From contig JAXGZJ010000001.1 of NCBI GenBank assembly GCA_040771805.1, positions 1,359,961-1,423,960 on the forward strand: a DNA stretch of 64,000 bases. Reading direction: 5' to 3'. Shown here in pieces: positions 28,255-38,675 of the stretch. The notes beneath the pieces were generated by a model. The model was not told the DNA's origin and did not search any database. It saw only the letters and a program-made list of their open reading frames with translations. The first letter of the stretch is position 1, and each line of letters begins with the position of its first letter. A program made the position numbers and the translations under genes. This stretch comes from Methanofastidiosum sp. GTDB taxonomy: Archaea > Methanobacteriota_B > Thermococci > Methanofastidiosales > Methanofastidiosaceae.

Positions 28255-28755
28255 ATGGAACATTTAATGGCCGATAAGGCGAAAGATATTCTTGGGATAA
28301 TGAAGGTCTTTTCTATTGACCCTCTTGAAGTTAAAAATTGTAGTTTCCCGGGGCATAAAGGAAGGGATTCTGGGGATAGTAGTATTGGTTTTTTAGAATA
28401 TACTGATGATAAAAATATCTACACCATCCATTCTGTTCATTATTGTAGACAACACAGGAATATATCTATATTAGAAATACAAAAAAGATTAAAAGATAAA
28501 ATTAAAGGCATTACTGAAGATAAAGGCACAGTATTAATAACAAAAATTAAGATAGATCCTGAAAGCTTTCCAGAAAAAGATATTCTTGGTAAAAAGGTTA
28601 GTATTGAAGAAACTACTTCAATTCTTATTAACAAGGGTAATTTAGGATTTTTAATAAATATTTCTGAAGAATCAAAAAATATGACATTGAAGGAAGTTAT
28701 TGATAAAATAATGAATCTAGAAATTGAATTTGATATCGCTTGGGAGGAATTCTAA
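28255..28755 (+). CDS. Hypothetical protein upstream of pyruvate kinase
   Basis: 166-aa ORF whose 3' end holds the GGAGG RBS of pyk. Confidence 0.65.
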   Translation: MEHLMADKAKDILGIMKVFSIDPLEVKNCSFPGHKGRDSGDSSIGFLEYTDDKNIYTIHSVHYCRQHRNISILEIQKRLKDKIKGITEDKGTVLITKIKIDPESFPEKDILGKKVSIEETTSILINKGNLGFLINISEESKNMTLKEVIDKIMNLEIEFDIAWEEF

Positions 28756-28757
28756 AT

Positions 28758-30149
28758 TTGAAGAAAACTAAGATAATATGCACAATAGGGCCAAGTGTTT
28801 CAAATTATGAGATGATAGCAAAACTTGTTAACTCTGGAATGGATGTAGCAAGATTAAATTTCTCCCATGGCACCCACTCCGAACATCTCAAGGTGATAAA
28901 AACAATAAGGGAAGTATCTGAAGATACAAACAAAAGAGTGGGTATTCTGCTGGATACCAAAGGCCCCGATATTAGGATTGGAGAGTTCAACAATACAATC
29001 CGTATATTCACGGGACAGGAATATGTATTTTCTTCAAAAAAACAAAATGGTATTATCCAATTACAAAATGATATATCCCAATTTTTGAAATCTGGTGATA
29101 GAGTCTTAATTGATGACGGTACACTAATCTTTACGGTAGTTAAAATTGAAGATGGAAATATTTATCTCAAAGCATTGAATGAAGGATATCTTAGACAAAA
29201 GGTAAGTATAAACATACCTGGGGATGCATATTGTCCTTCCGCCGTTACTAAGAATGATATAGTTGACATCAAATTTGGAGTGAAGAATGATGTAGATTTC
29301 ATTGCACTGTCCTTTGCATCGACTAAAGAGGATATATTGAAAGCTAGAGAGTTAATAAATGGGGAACAATGGATTATATCAAAGGTAGAATCAAATTATG
29401 GAATAAAAAACATAAATGATTTAATAGAATATTCTGAAGGAATAATGGTTGCGAGAGGGGATTTAGGTGTTGAAATTGATCTTTCTAGAATCCCAAGCGT
29501 TCAAAGATCTATAATAGAAAAATGCAATGCCAAAGGTAGACCAGTCATAGTAGCAACTCAAATGTTAAACTCAATGATAGAAAATCCAAGGCCAACTAGG
29601 GCGGAAGTAGAGGATATAGCCAGTGCAATTTACAGTGGTGCTGATGCAGTTATGTTATCAGGTGAAACAGCAATTGGGAAATACCCGATTGAGAGTGTGG
29701 AAATGATGGTAAAAGTGGCCATTGAAACTGAGAAAGAACTTAAACCGAGAACGGATTATGGGCCATCTAAAAGAATTGCAGACGTGATATCTTCTCTTGT
29801 CGCTAAAGCCGTATTACTTTCTGAAGTTAAAGCAATAGTTACTTCAACTAGATCTGGGTATACTGCATGTATGGTGTCTCGACATAAACTGTCTGTACCC
29901 ACCTATGGTATGACAAACAATCCCGCAACTGCCAGAAAGCTCTCTTTAGTTTGGGGTATAAGAGAAGTGCATTTAAACAGAGAGAAAGAGGGGATTTCAG
30001 ACGGAGCCTTTCATGCTGCCAAATATTTAAAAAGTGAAGGATTACAAGATAGTGATCTTTTCATTTTTACAGCAGGAGTTAGTAATTCAAAAAAACAAAG
30101 AACTAATCTGCTAGAAATTAGAGAGATAGGAGAGGTCTTATCTTCTTGA
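28758..30149 (+). CDS. pyk: Pyruvate kinase
   Basis: KTKIICTIGP, ARLNFSHG, DTKGP, MVARGDLGVE, ATQML.SM, RPTRAE; TTG start after GGAGG. Confidence 0.96.
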   Translation: MKKTKIICTIGPSVSNYEMIAKLVNSGMDVARLNFSHGTHSEHLKVIKTIREVSEDTNKRVGILLDTKGPDIRIGEFNNTIRIFTGQEYVFSSKKQNGIIQLQNDISQFLKSGDRVLIDDGTLIFTVVKIEDGNIYLKALNEGYLRQKVSINIPGDAYCPSAVTKNDIVDIKFGVKNDVDFIALSFASTKEDILKARELINGEQWIISKVESNYGIKNINDLIEYSEGIMVARGDLGVEIDLSRIPSVQRSIIEKCNAKGRPVIVATQMLNSMIENPRPTRAEVEDIASAIYSGADAVMLSGETAIGKYPIESVEMMVKVAIETEKELKPRTDYGPSKRIADVISSLVAKAVLLSEVKAIVTSTRSGYTACMVSRHKLSVPTYGMTNNPATARKLSLVWGIREVHLNREKEGISDGAFHAAKYLKSEGLQDSDLFIFTAGVSNSKKQRTNLLEIREIGEVLSS

Positions 30150-31082
30150 AAGGAGCATTAACGAGATTGTTGCTATTAATCCAGATAATGTTAGCACTAA
30201 AATGGCTTCTTGTAAAGTACTAAAAATTGATTTTTGAGCTTTTAACTGAGGTGTTGTTTGTTCCAGAGTTAGATTTGTATCGTTTGCTTCATTTGTTTTT
30301 AATTCACTTGGAGAGTCCAATTTCACTACTTCTATAGGATTAACAATTAATTTAATTGGAAATTTCAAATAAGTGGATTTGTCATATATATCTTTTATTT
30401 CTAGATTAAGATATATAGTATGCTCTCCAGGGGTATCTGGAATTTCAGTAACTACTATTTCTTTTTTAACTAATGAAATAATTGCACCAACATCTTCGGT
30501 ATAATCTAGATTAAATTTAGATTTATCATATTCCATTATCATATATGAACTCTTAACTGTAGATCCTCTATTGGTAATATAGATCGGTAGTGAATAAGGA
30601 ACTTCTTTTATTTCAAAGCTTCTTTTATCTTTTAAGTCAACTATAGGCGTCCTGACCCCATCAATTCTAAATGGAACTTCTTGTAAAAATCCTTCAGACG
30701 CATAACTACACTTCAAACCTGAACAATATACTTGATAAGAATATTGAGTTGTTACCTTTAATGGATATGTTCCAGGATCAATAGCTTTGACTGTATAACG
30801 AATTCTTTCTATTTTCTTTTCACCTGGCTGTAATTCTCCATAGATAAATTTATTTTTATTAAGTTCAAAATATTCATCTTTTACATAAATATTGATATTT
30901 TTTAAGACATTATTGCTTGCATTGTCAAAAACAATTGAAAATTCTCCACTGTCACCTGAATAAAAAGAAGGTGTTTTTTCGAAGTATATCTTCATTTTCT
31001 CGTTTGGCGCTGTTATCCCAGTGATTGTAAGGAAACTCAACGTTAAAAAACCTATAAATATTATAGTATAGAGTTTTCGCAT
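30138..31082 (-). CDS. Surface protein with Ig-like domains and C-terminal TM anchor
   Basis: Signal peptide, GELQPGEKK and PGTYPL Ig-like motifs, terminal hydrophobic helix followed by RR. Confidence 0.7.
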   Translation of the reverse strand: MRKLYTIIFIGFLTLSFLTITGITAPNEKMKIYFEKTPSFYSGDSGEFSIVFDNASNNVLKNINIYVKDEYFELNKNKFIYGELQPGEKKIERIRYTVKAIDPGTYPLKVTTQYSYQVYCSGLKCSYASEGFLQEVPFRIDGVRTPIVDLKDKRSFEIKEVPYSLPIYITNRGSTVKSSYMIMEYDKSKFNLDYTEDVGAIISLVKKEIVVTEIPDTPGEHTIYLNLEIKDIYDKSTYLKFPIKLIVNPIEVVKLDSPSELKTNEANDTNLTLEQTTPQLKAQKSIFSTLQEAILVLTLSGLIATISLMLLSRR

Positions 31083-31132
31083 ATAATAAATAGTAAATAG
31101 AATATTTTAAAAGCTTTATTCTTATAAATTAT

Positions 31133-31555
31133 GTGATGGATACAAATATGTTTGAATATTTTGATGTTACTGCAGATATTGGCGTCAAGGTATGGGGAAA
31201 TTCTATTAATGAATTATTTGAAAATGCGGCTATTGCAGTCACAAGTTTAATGATAGATCCAGCTAGATTGAAAAGAAATATAACTAAAGAAATTTTCGTC
31301 GAAGGAAATGATATTCCTTCCCTTTTAATCAATTGGATTACGGAACTTTTAATAATCAGAGATAGTGAAGCGATTCTGTTTTCATCTTTTAAAGTGAATG
31401 TTTCAAGTGATGGAAGAACTCTAACCGCTAAAATTCTGGGGGACCATATTATTGGAAGTACTATAGAAATGGATATAAAAGCAATAACATATTCTCTCTT
31501 TGAATTAAAAGAGTTAGATAACAGCTTCCATGTGCAATTTGTTCTCGATATATAA
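31133..31555 (+). CDS. Archease
   Basis: FEYFDVTADIG..VWG...ELFENAA, DIKAITY, terminal VLDI. Confidence 0.92.
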   Translation: MMDTNMFEYFDVTADIGVKVWGNSINELFENAAIAVTSLMIDPARLKRNITKEIFVEGNDIPSLLINWITELLIIRDSEAILFSSFKVNVSSDGRTLTAKILGDHIIGSTIEMDIKAITYSLFELKELDNSFHVQFVLDI

Positions 31556-31673
31556 AAAGTGCACATTCAATAAGAAGATTAGATATGCCAATTTATAACG
31601 ATTTATTATAATAAATCTATAATGTATGAAAAAATTTATATATGTAGAACTCAAATATAAAAATGGCGATATT

Positions 31674-32189
31674 ATGGTTGAACTAATAAAAAAAATGCTA
31701 GTTCCAGTAGATGGTTCTAAAGCTTCTGAAAAAGCGGTAGAATATGCATCATGGGTAGCTAGTAAAACAGGAGCAAATGTAACTATAATACATGTGCTGG
31801 ATGTAGATAAGTTACAGATGAATTATGAGGCAATGGATAGATTTTTGCCTGATTGGAAAGATAAGATAAAAGGAACAGATGATATAAAGAGGTACTCTCC
31901 TTTCTTCGAAAATCAGCTATCTTGCATGATGGACGATCCAATATGCAAAAGAGGAAATAATATACTAAAGGAAATGGAAAAACTTGCAGCAAAGAATGGA
32001 ATGAAAGTAAAAACAATGCTTAAACTTGGAAGAGTTGTTGACACAATAGTACAGATTGCAGATGAAGAAAACTTTGATCATATAGTTGTAGGTAAGACTG
32101 GGCTCACAGGAATCCGAAGATTAGTTATAGGCCATGTTGCAGAAGATGTTGCAAAATATGCTTCAGTTAGAGTAACAGTAGTTCCTTAA
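31674..32189 (+). CDS. Universal stress protein
   Basis: MLVPVDGS.AS..AVEYA; IVVGKTG.TG...LVIGHVAE.V. Confidence 0.9.
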   Translation: MVELIKKMLVPVDGSKASEKAVEYASWVASKTGANVTIIHVLDVDKLQMNYEAMDRFLPDWKDKIKGTDDIKRYSPFFENQLSCMMDDPICKRGNNILKEMEKLAAKNGMKVKTMLKLGRVVDTIVQIADEENFDHIVVGKTGLTGIRRLVIGHVAEDVAKYASVRVTVVP

Positions 32190-32284
32190 ACATAGTAATT
32201 TAATTTTTTTATTTTTATACTATTCTGTTAATTTTGTATAATAAAAAGGATAAGTTTTTTAATAGAGAAATAAATTTATAATAT

Positions 32285-32713
32285 ATGCCTCGAGCTAGGA
32301 AAAAAAGATGTATTTATGTAGATACCTATACCCGTTACTTTAAACCTCGTGGAGTACCATTAGAACAACTAGATATTGTTAGGCTTACTTTTGAAGAACT
32401 TGAGGCAATTAGACTCAAGGATTTAGTTGGATTGGAACAAATAGAAGCTTCTGAAAAAATGGGAATTTCCCAGCCAACTTTTCATAGGATACTAAAAGAA
32501 GCCAGGAATAAAGTATCAGACGCTCTCGTTAATTCTAAAGCTATCGAGATATTTGGCGGGGATTATGAAATCGGCATTACACAATTTAAATGTCAAAATT
32601 GTAATCATATATGGGAGTTGGATGCTAGTTCAAAGATTGATAGAAAATGCCCAAATTGCAATAGGGAAAAAATTATTAATCTCATGAGTAATATGTACAA
32701 TTGTAAAAAATAG
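32285..32713 (+). CDS. DUF134 family DNA-binding protein with Zn ribbon
   Basis: MPR..K.R, FKPRG, EELEAIRLKD, MGISQPTF, CQNC/CPNC. Confidence 0.9.
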   Translation: MPRARKKRCIYVDTYTRYFKPRGVPLEQLDIVRLTFEELEAIRLKDLVGLEQIEASEKMGISQPTFHRILKEARNKVSDALVNSKAIEIFGGDYEIGITQFKCQNCNHIWELDASSKIDRKCPNCNREKIINLMSNMYNCKK

Positions 32714-32763
32714 GAAAAATAGTTAACTGTATAACTCTCTCCAATAAGATTTAGAGGAATATT

Positions 32764-33129
32764 ATGAAAATTGCAATACCAACAGATTTAGAAGGCGGAC
32801 TTTCAGACACTGTTTTCAATCATTTTGGTATGGCCCCTACATATACTATCGTAGAGATAGTTGATAATAAAATCAAAAGTATAGAGGTCCTAAAAAATAC
32901 AAGTGATCACTTTGGTGGATCTGAGAGTCTCATAGACTTGTTTTTCAGAAAAAATGTTGGGATTATAATCTGTTCAAATTTAGGGCCGCATGCTATGGAA
33001 GCTCTTAGAAGTCAAGGATTTGATATTTTCTTCACTAAAAGAGAAAAAATTGAAGACGTTATTAGTAAATTTATCAAAGGCGAATTAGAAAGATTTTCAA
33101 ACGGAAAAGCATCCTGTAATGCCCAATAA
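32764..33129 (+). CDS. NifB/NifX-like dinitrogenase FeMo-cofactor family protein
   Basis: MKIAIPTD...HFGMAP.Y.IVE, IICSNLGP. Confidence 0.88.
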   Translation: MKIAIPTDLEGGLSDTVFNHFGMAPTYTIVEIVDNKIKSIEVLKNTSDHFGGSESLIDLFFRKNVGIIICSNLGPHAMEALRSQGFDIFFTKREKIEDVISKFIKGELERFSNGKASCNAQ

Positions 33130-33131
33130 TA

Positions 33132-33728
33132 TCATTCAAATTTGTAGTTTTTTATCTTTTTAATCCAGTAGTTTGAATAAAGCGCACCTATTGGATTATG
33201 AGCTAAAATCCTATCCTTGACTATAAGAACTGTAGTGGGAGCCTTTGAATATTTGATAAATAGAGAATCATGGCCTACACACAATCCTACGACAATATTG
33301 AATTCGGTACCTTCTTTTTCTAGTAATTTAGCCTGGCCTATAGGATTGCATGCAGATTCACTTAAATTGTTAGATAAAGTTTTAACTACACCGAAGTCAC
33401 CTTTACCAATTCCGTGAGCTTTACAAATAGCAAGAGATACTTCAAATCCCTTTTCTTGAAGCAAATCGGTCAGGATCTGAGATTCATTTTTTAGCCCTAT
33501 ACAAGATGCAATACCAAGTTTTTTGTAATTCATTCTTTTTGAAAATTCAATTAACTCCAATACCCGTGGGAGTTTCATATATGCATCTACTTCAAGTTCA
33601 GTTGAAGTTATGTAAAAATTACTATTTTCTTCTTTTTTTATTTCATTTTCTGCATAGATTCGGATATCCTTACCATAACAATTTATTCCTTCCTTACAGA
33701 AGGAATCTTCACAATCATTACATCTCAT
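33132..33728 (-). CDS. DUF1847 family metal-binding protein
   Basis: CxxCxxxxC, GIASCIGL, CNPIGQA, GLCVGHDSLF, KDR.LAHNP. Confidence 0.88.
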   Translation of the reverse strand: MRCNDCEDSFCKEGINCYGKDIRIYAENEIKKEENSNFYITSTELEVDAYMKLPRVLELIEFSKRMNYKKLGIASCIGLKNESQILTDLLQEKGFEVSLAICKAHGIGKGDFGVVKTLSNNLSESACNPIGQAKLLEKEGTEFNIVVGLCVGHDSLFIKYSKAPTTVLIVKDRILAHNPIGALYSNYWIKKIKNYKFE

Positions 33729-33762
33729 AGAAAAAGTAAATATCAATAGTTTAAAAAGATAA

Positions 33763-34734
33763 TTATTTTATCCCAGTTATAATGTCTGTTTTAAAGTCAA
33801 ATAGTGTTTTTTTCTCATTTTTATCTTGTATAGTCATAGTATTACCATTAGTAACTTTCCCTACAATTTTAGCTTCTATTTTTTGCTTTTTAAAAAGAGA
33901 TAATATCTTATCAGAGTTTTCAGGTGCAGATGTCAATGTAAATCCATATCCTGGATAAATTTTTAACCAGTCTATAAAATCTATATTTTCAGGTCTTTGT
34001 ATTTCTTCAATGTCAATTACCGCTCCCTTTCGTGATGTTTCAAGAAGCATTCCAATTGTGCCTAATATACCAGGATTAGATATATCTTTAGCTGCAAAGG
34101 AAAGTTCCCTTTCTGCAATTTCATTCATTATGCTAAGTTTAGATAAACATTCTTCGGATGATTTATTTAGAGTGGTATCCCAATTAAGAAAATTATTATA
34201 CTGCCTGCCATCCATATCCATTGCCAAGATAATATCTTCACCTTCTTTTGCAGAAAAACTTGAGAGTATTTTTGATGCATTTCCCATTATTGAAACAGAT
34301 ACAGTAGTAGACTGGGTATCTGGGTGGAGGTGTCCTCCCACCATTGGAACTTTAAATTTATCACAACCAGTTTTAATTCCTTCAAGTAAGCTTTTACAAT
34401 TATCCGTCTTTTTTAAAGACATAATATTAACCATAGCAATAGGCTTACCTCCCATTGCATAAATGTCGTTGACATTTACAAGCACAGCACAATATCCTGC
34501 CCAAAAAAGATCATTTAATAAATTTGCCCATATCCCATCTGCAGCTAAAAGCAAATAATTGTTGCCATATTTTAAAACTGCAGCATCATCGCCGAAATCA
34601 ATAACAGTGTTTCCATAATTAGAAAATGGTTTAAATTGATTAATTAGGTATTTAATAGGATTTTTTCTTTTAACACCTTCGTAATTTCTAATTTCTTGAA
34701 CAATTCTATTTAGATCTGTCATACATTTCAACAT
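33763..34734 (-). CDS. Methanogenesis marker 2 protein (AIR synthase/PurM-like)
   Basis: GVKRK, FGDDAAV, VLVNVNDIYAMGG, GGHLHPD, KDISNPG.LGT.GML. Confidence 0.85.
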   Translation of the reverse strand: MLKCMTDLNRIVQEIRNYEGVKRKNPIKYLINQFKPFSNYGNTVIDFGDDAAVLKYGNNYLLLAADGIWANLLNDLFWAGYCAVLVNVNDIYAMGGKPIAMVNIMSLKKTDNCKSLLEGIKTGCDKFKVPMVGGHLHPDTQSTTVSVSIMGNASKILSSFSAKEGEDIILAMDMDGRQYNNFLNWDTTLNKSSEECLSKLSIMNEIAERELSFAAKDISNPGILGTIGMLLETSRKGAVIDIEEIQRPENIDFIDWLKIYPGYGFTLTSAPENSDKILSLFKKQKIEAKIVGKVTNGNTMTIQDKNEKKTLFDFKTDIITGIK

Positions 34735-34766
34735 GCGGTTAAAGGATAGATTATTTATAAAAGTTT

Positions 34767-35279
34767 TTATTTTATGATACTTTCCATAAATTTCCTAATC
34801 TCAGTCGGTGTAGAAGATTCAAGGCCATATATTTCAGAAAATTTTGAAGTTGTTTTTAGCATTTTAGTTTTTCCACATGGTTCAGCGTCAACTAGGCCTG
34901 CTTCAACTAAGGATTTGACATGTTCATAACATTGACTTCCCCTATATTTTACTAAATCAGATTTTTTTAATGGTTGTTTGTATGCAATAATAGCTAATGT
35001 CTTTAAAACAGCCCCTCTTATCTCTGATTTAGGGGCAAAATCTGCAGTTAACAAGGAAAACTCGTTTTTTACCTGCATTGTATACCTATCCTCAACGGCC
35101 CGTATAACTTCTATAGCGCTACCTCTATCCCGATAATCTTTTGAAAGACTTTCAATCAATCCCTCTACATAATCTCTTTCTTTTATACCTAGTTTTTTTA
35201 GTAATTTAGAAATCGGAACAGGCTCACCAGATATGAAAAGAATTGCTTCAATTGATGCTTTGTCTTTTGATATATCCAT
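34767..35279 (-). CDS. scpB: SMC-Scp complex subunit ScpB
   Basis: IEAILF.SGEP, LKTLAIIAYKQP, RG, TT.KF...YGL. Confidence 0.92.
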   Translation of the reverse strand: MDISKDKASIEAILFISGEPVPISKLLKKLGIKERDYVEGLIESLSKDYRDRGSAIEVIRAVEDRYTMQVKNEFSLLTADFAPKSEIRGAVLKTLAIIAYKQPLKKSDLVKYRGSQCYEHVKSLVEAGLVDAEPCGKTKMLKTTSKFSEIYGLESSTPTEIRKFMESIIK

Positions 35280-35392
35280 ATATCTCCTAATATTGTTTAC
35301 ATTTAAATGGTTTACACGTCAAATAATAGTAAAAACAAAAATAAATTAGAAACTTTTTTAATGTTCAAAGAAATGTCAAATTAGGTGAGGGA

Positions 35393-36667
35393 ATGGATTT
35401 GGAAGAAATAGTCGATAAAACAATGAAATTTATACATTCTGAAGGGGAAGTATTTGCCCAAAAAATAAAAGTTATTTCTTATGATATAGAAAAAAGCAAT
35501 ATTGAGATTGGTGAGGAAAAAGAGACAATTGGGATTGGAGTAAGAATAATTGAGGGAAAAAAGCAGGGATTTTCATTTACAAATAATCTTAATAGTTTAG
35601 AAGATTGCGTTAAGACAGCGTATAAAGTTCTTAAAGTGTCTAGGGATAAAGAAGATTTCATTAGTCTTCCCACTCCAACTACAATTAAAGAGAGAAAATT
35701 AGTAGACAAGTCTTTGTATGATATAACTTCTAACGATTTAATGGAATTCTCAGTAGACATGATTAAAGGATGTAAAGAAAAAAATGGAATTCCTTCTTCG
35801 GGAAGTACTAATCTTACATTCTATGAAGAGTCAATTTCGTCGACAACAGGAATTTCTTTACATCAAAAGTATGCGACTCTTTTTGGGTACCTCTCTTCCA
35901 TTTATAAAAATGAGGATGTATCTACTGGTTTTGATTATAATATTATGAGAAAAAAATTCAATTTTGCTCCAATTGGGGAATTAGCTGCATTGAAAGCAAA
36001 AGAAACGAGTAATGCAAAAAAGATCCGTTCTATGCATTGTGACGTAATATTGGGGCCTGAAGCGATTTCTTCATTATTATCAAATACATTTATACCTCAT
36101 CTTTTTGCGGAAAGTGTTGACAAAAATAAAAGTTTTTTAAAGGAAAAAATAGGCAAAAGGATAACAAATCTTACAGTGATAGATGATGGTACACTTGAGT
36201 ATGGTGTTGCTTCTACAAATTTTGATGGAGATGGTAACCCTACAAAAAGAAACATAGTCATAGACAATGGTATATTGAAAAAATATCTTTATGACGATTT
36301 TTATGCAAAAAAATATGGAATTGAATCTACAGGTAATGCAGAGAGAAATTATAACTCCCTTCCCTCAATTGGCATTACTAATTTCATAATTGAAGGAGAG
36401 CCATTAGAAGGAATACAAGAAGGATTTATTATAAATGAATTAAGAGGCGCACATACAGCAAATCCAATTTCTGGAGATTTTTCCGTAGAAATATCAAGTG
36501 GATTTTACATTAGTAATGAGGAAAAACAGCATCCAATCAAACATGGAATGATGGTGGGAAATATTTTTGAATTCTTAAATAAAGTTAAAGGAATATATGG
36601 GCAAGTAAAAAATACGGGCGGTATAATTACTCCTTCAATTATATCAGAAGCGAGGGTAGTCGGATGA
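35393..36667 (+). CDS. TldD/PmbA family protein (PmbA-like)
   Basis: IGVRI, FDGDG.P, STGNA.R, HTANPISGDFS. Confidence 0.9.
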   Translation: MDLEEIVDKTMKFIHSEGEVFAQKIKVISYDIEKSNIEIGEEKETIGIGVRIIEGKKQGFSFTNNLNSLEDCVKTAYKVLKVSRDKEDFISLPTPTTIKERKLVDKSLYDITSNDLMEFSVDMIKGCKEKNGIPSSGSTNLTFYEESISSTTGISLHQKYATLFGYLSSIYKNEDVSTGFDYNIMRKKFNFAPIGELAALKAKETSNAKKIRSMHCDVILGPEAISSLLSNTFIPHLFAESVDKNKSFLKEKIGKRITNLTVIDDGTLEYGVASTNFDGDGNPTKRNIVIDNGILKKYLYDDFYAKKYGIESTGNAERNYNSLPSIGITNFIIEGEPLEGIQEGFIINELRGAHTANPISGDFSVEISSGFYISNEEKQHPIKHGMMVGNIFEFLNKVKGIYGQVKNTGGIITPSIISEARVVG

Positions 36668-37191
36668 TAGGAATAGTCGGTATGCCAGGTTCTGGAAAAA
36701 GCGAATTTGTTAACATTGCACTTACTTTAGGGTATAGATTCATCTCGATGGGAGATATTGTAAGGGAAGAAACTGTAAGAAAAGGATATCCGTTAGAAGA
36801 AAGTGGAAAAGTTGCTCAGAAACTTAGAGATGAAAACGGGCTTGATATCATAGCTATTTTGACTTTAGACAAAATAAGGAAGATTCATGACAATAAATTT
36901 TTGATTGAGGGCATACGGGGAATAAAAGAAATTGAAAGATTTAGAATGGAAATGGATTTTTTTTTAATTGGTATACACTGTTCGCCTAAAATCAGATTTG
37001 AAAGATTGAAAAATAGAAAACGAGACGATGATTATCAAACTTATGAAGAGTTCTATACTAGAGATCTAAGGGAGCTTTCGTGGGGGTTAGGTGAAGCATT
37101 GGCCCTATCTGATGTTATTATTAACAACAACAGCACTTTAGAAGATTTTAAGGAAAATATCTATGCGGTGATTAAAAATTATGAGCTTTAG
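36664..37191 (+). CDS. UPF0200 dephospho-CoA-kinase-like P-loop protein
   Basis: GMPGSGKS, SMGDIVRE, EGIR, R.RDDD, RD.REL.WG. Confidence 0.82.
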   Translation: MIGIVGMPGSGKSEFVNIALTLGYRFISMGDIVREETVRKGYPLEESGKVAQKLRDENGLDIIAILTLDKIRKIHDNKFLIEGIRGIKEIERFRMEMDFFLIGIHCSPKIRFERLKNRKRDDDYQTYEEFYTRDLRELSWGLGEALALSDVIINNNSTLEDFKENIYAVIKNYEL

Positions 37192-37558
37192 ATTAGAAGT
37201 CTCTGCAGATGTAAAGAAAACTGAAGACCCGGAAAAAGTAAAGATATCAATAACTAATATATTTCCGGATATCAATATAGAAAAAAATAAGGATATAGTT
37301 ATCGGATATTCTGAAGACGAAAATGTCCTTTCAAGGTTCATCGAATTAATACATTCTGATGCTATAAGGGATAGTGTCAATATGATATTAAAAGAAGGTA
37401 TCCATGAATTAAACATATCCTTTTTGATGAATAAACAAGCTGCGTTTGCGGGCAGAGTAAATTTATCAAAATTATCCCCACTTGGCTCAATAAGAGTAAA
37501 AATATACGTAGAAAATCCATATGAATTTATAGATAAAATAGCGCCTAAGACAATTTGA
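37181..37558 (+). CDS. UPF0201/DUF54 family putative RNA-binding protein
   Basis: TEDPEKV...I.NIFP, NKQAAFAG.V, PLG.I. Confidence 0.82.
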   Translation: MSFRLEVSADVKKTEDPEKVKISITNIFPDINIEKNKDIVIGYSEDENVLSRFIELIHSDAIRDSVNMILKEGIHELNISFLMNKQAAFAGRVNLSKLSPLGSIRVKIYVENPYEFIDKIAPKTI

Positions 37559-37577
37559 TTTTTAATAGTTTTGTAAT

Positions 37578-38306
37578 CTACTTTTTGTGATTCCACTCTT
37601 TTGAGTTATATTTTTCATAGGCCAATTTTTTTGCAAGAGAAAGCTCTTCTTTAGAAAGTTTACCTTTGTTTGATTTTCCATAAATTTCTTCAAATCCTTT
37701 TTTTAAATTTTTGATTAATTCTTTTTTGTCAATACTGTATCCTTCCTTAGAAAGAGTTGTAATCCTCTTTCTTATTTCCATTTTTTGATTGGATACCCTA
37801 AGAGCTTTTTCCATTAATTCAATATTTGTATTAAACATAAGAGTTCCATGTTGTAGGATAATCCCATTTTTTCTAGTTTGGGCCGAGCCAGATATTTTTT
37901 TTGAGTTGAGGGTAAGATCATTAAGAGGTTTGAATTCAACGTTTATACCCATATTCTTCAACCCTTTTATGACTCCCCCATAAATAAATTCAAATGAATC
38001 AAGGATATTATAAGGAGATTTTTTTTCAGACACTATAACAGAATAAGTTACTTCCCCCATATAGTCATGAAAAACATTCCCTCCCCCTGTTATTCTTCTA
38101 ACATAGTCAATGTCATTTCTAAGACAATAATCTATATCAATTGAAGAATTTAGTCTTTGAAAATAACCAATTGAGATGCATGAAGGAAAAAAAGAATAAA
38201 ATCTAAATGTGTCTTCCACTTTATCTTCGATCCTTAATAATAGTAACGCCTCATCCAAACCCATTGAAAGATATCCATTTTCTTTCCTATAAGGTAAATA
38301 TCTCAT
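37578..38306 (-). CDS. Lipoate-protein ligase A family protein
   Basis: M.LDEALL, VRRITGGG.VFHD, KKISGSAQ, QHGTL. Confidence 0.9.
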   Translation of the reverse strand: MRYLPYRKENGYLSMGLDEALLLLRIEDKVEDTFRFYSFFPSCISIGYFQRLNSSIDIDYCLRNDIDYVRRITGGGNVFHDYMGEVTYSVIVSEKKSPYNILDSFEFIYGGVIKGLKNMGINVEFKPLNDLTLNSKKISGSAQTRKNGIILQHGTLMFNTNIELMEKALRVSNQKMEIRKRITTLSKEGYSIDKKELIKNLKKGFEEIYGKSNKGKLSKEELSLAKKLAYEKYNSKEWNHKK

Positions 38307-38453
38307 AGAATGATTACTATAGAAAAGTATTTATAGGTTTATGTAATTGTTATCGATGGGAAGGGAAATGGAGGAAAAAGTTAGAATCCTCTCATATTTT
38401 TTCACCTCTAGTGCTAGATTTCCCTTCCCTCGTTATGGCTTTAGGAGGCATTT

Positions 38454-38675
38454 ATGTATCAAAGAATTTTAAAATTACTTGAGAATGAAGAATCACCTAT
38501 TTCTGCAGAAAACATCAGTGAAAAAACAAAAGAGAGTTTAATTAAAACTAAGTCTCTTTTGTTAAGATTGCAAGAAGAAGGTAAAGTTGAAAGTAGCAAA
38601 AAAGAAAATAGTATAGTGTGGCAGATAAAGAAAAAAGATGATATTGAAAAGAAGTTAGAAAAGATGGTAAGATAA
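38454..38675 (+). CDS. Small winged-helix protein translationally coupled to hef
   Basis: GGAGG RBS; ISAENIS...LLRLQEEGKV; TAATG overlap with hef start. Confidence 0.75.
   Translation: MYQRILKLLENEESPISAENISEKTKESLIKTKSLLLRLQEEGKVESSKKENSIVWQIKKKDDIEKKLEKMVR

Noticed and set aside
27982..28263. 93-aa minus-strand ORF
   Set aside because: Runs through tRNA-Leu; spurious.
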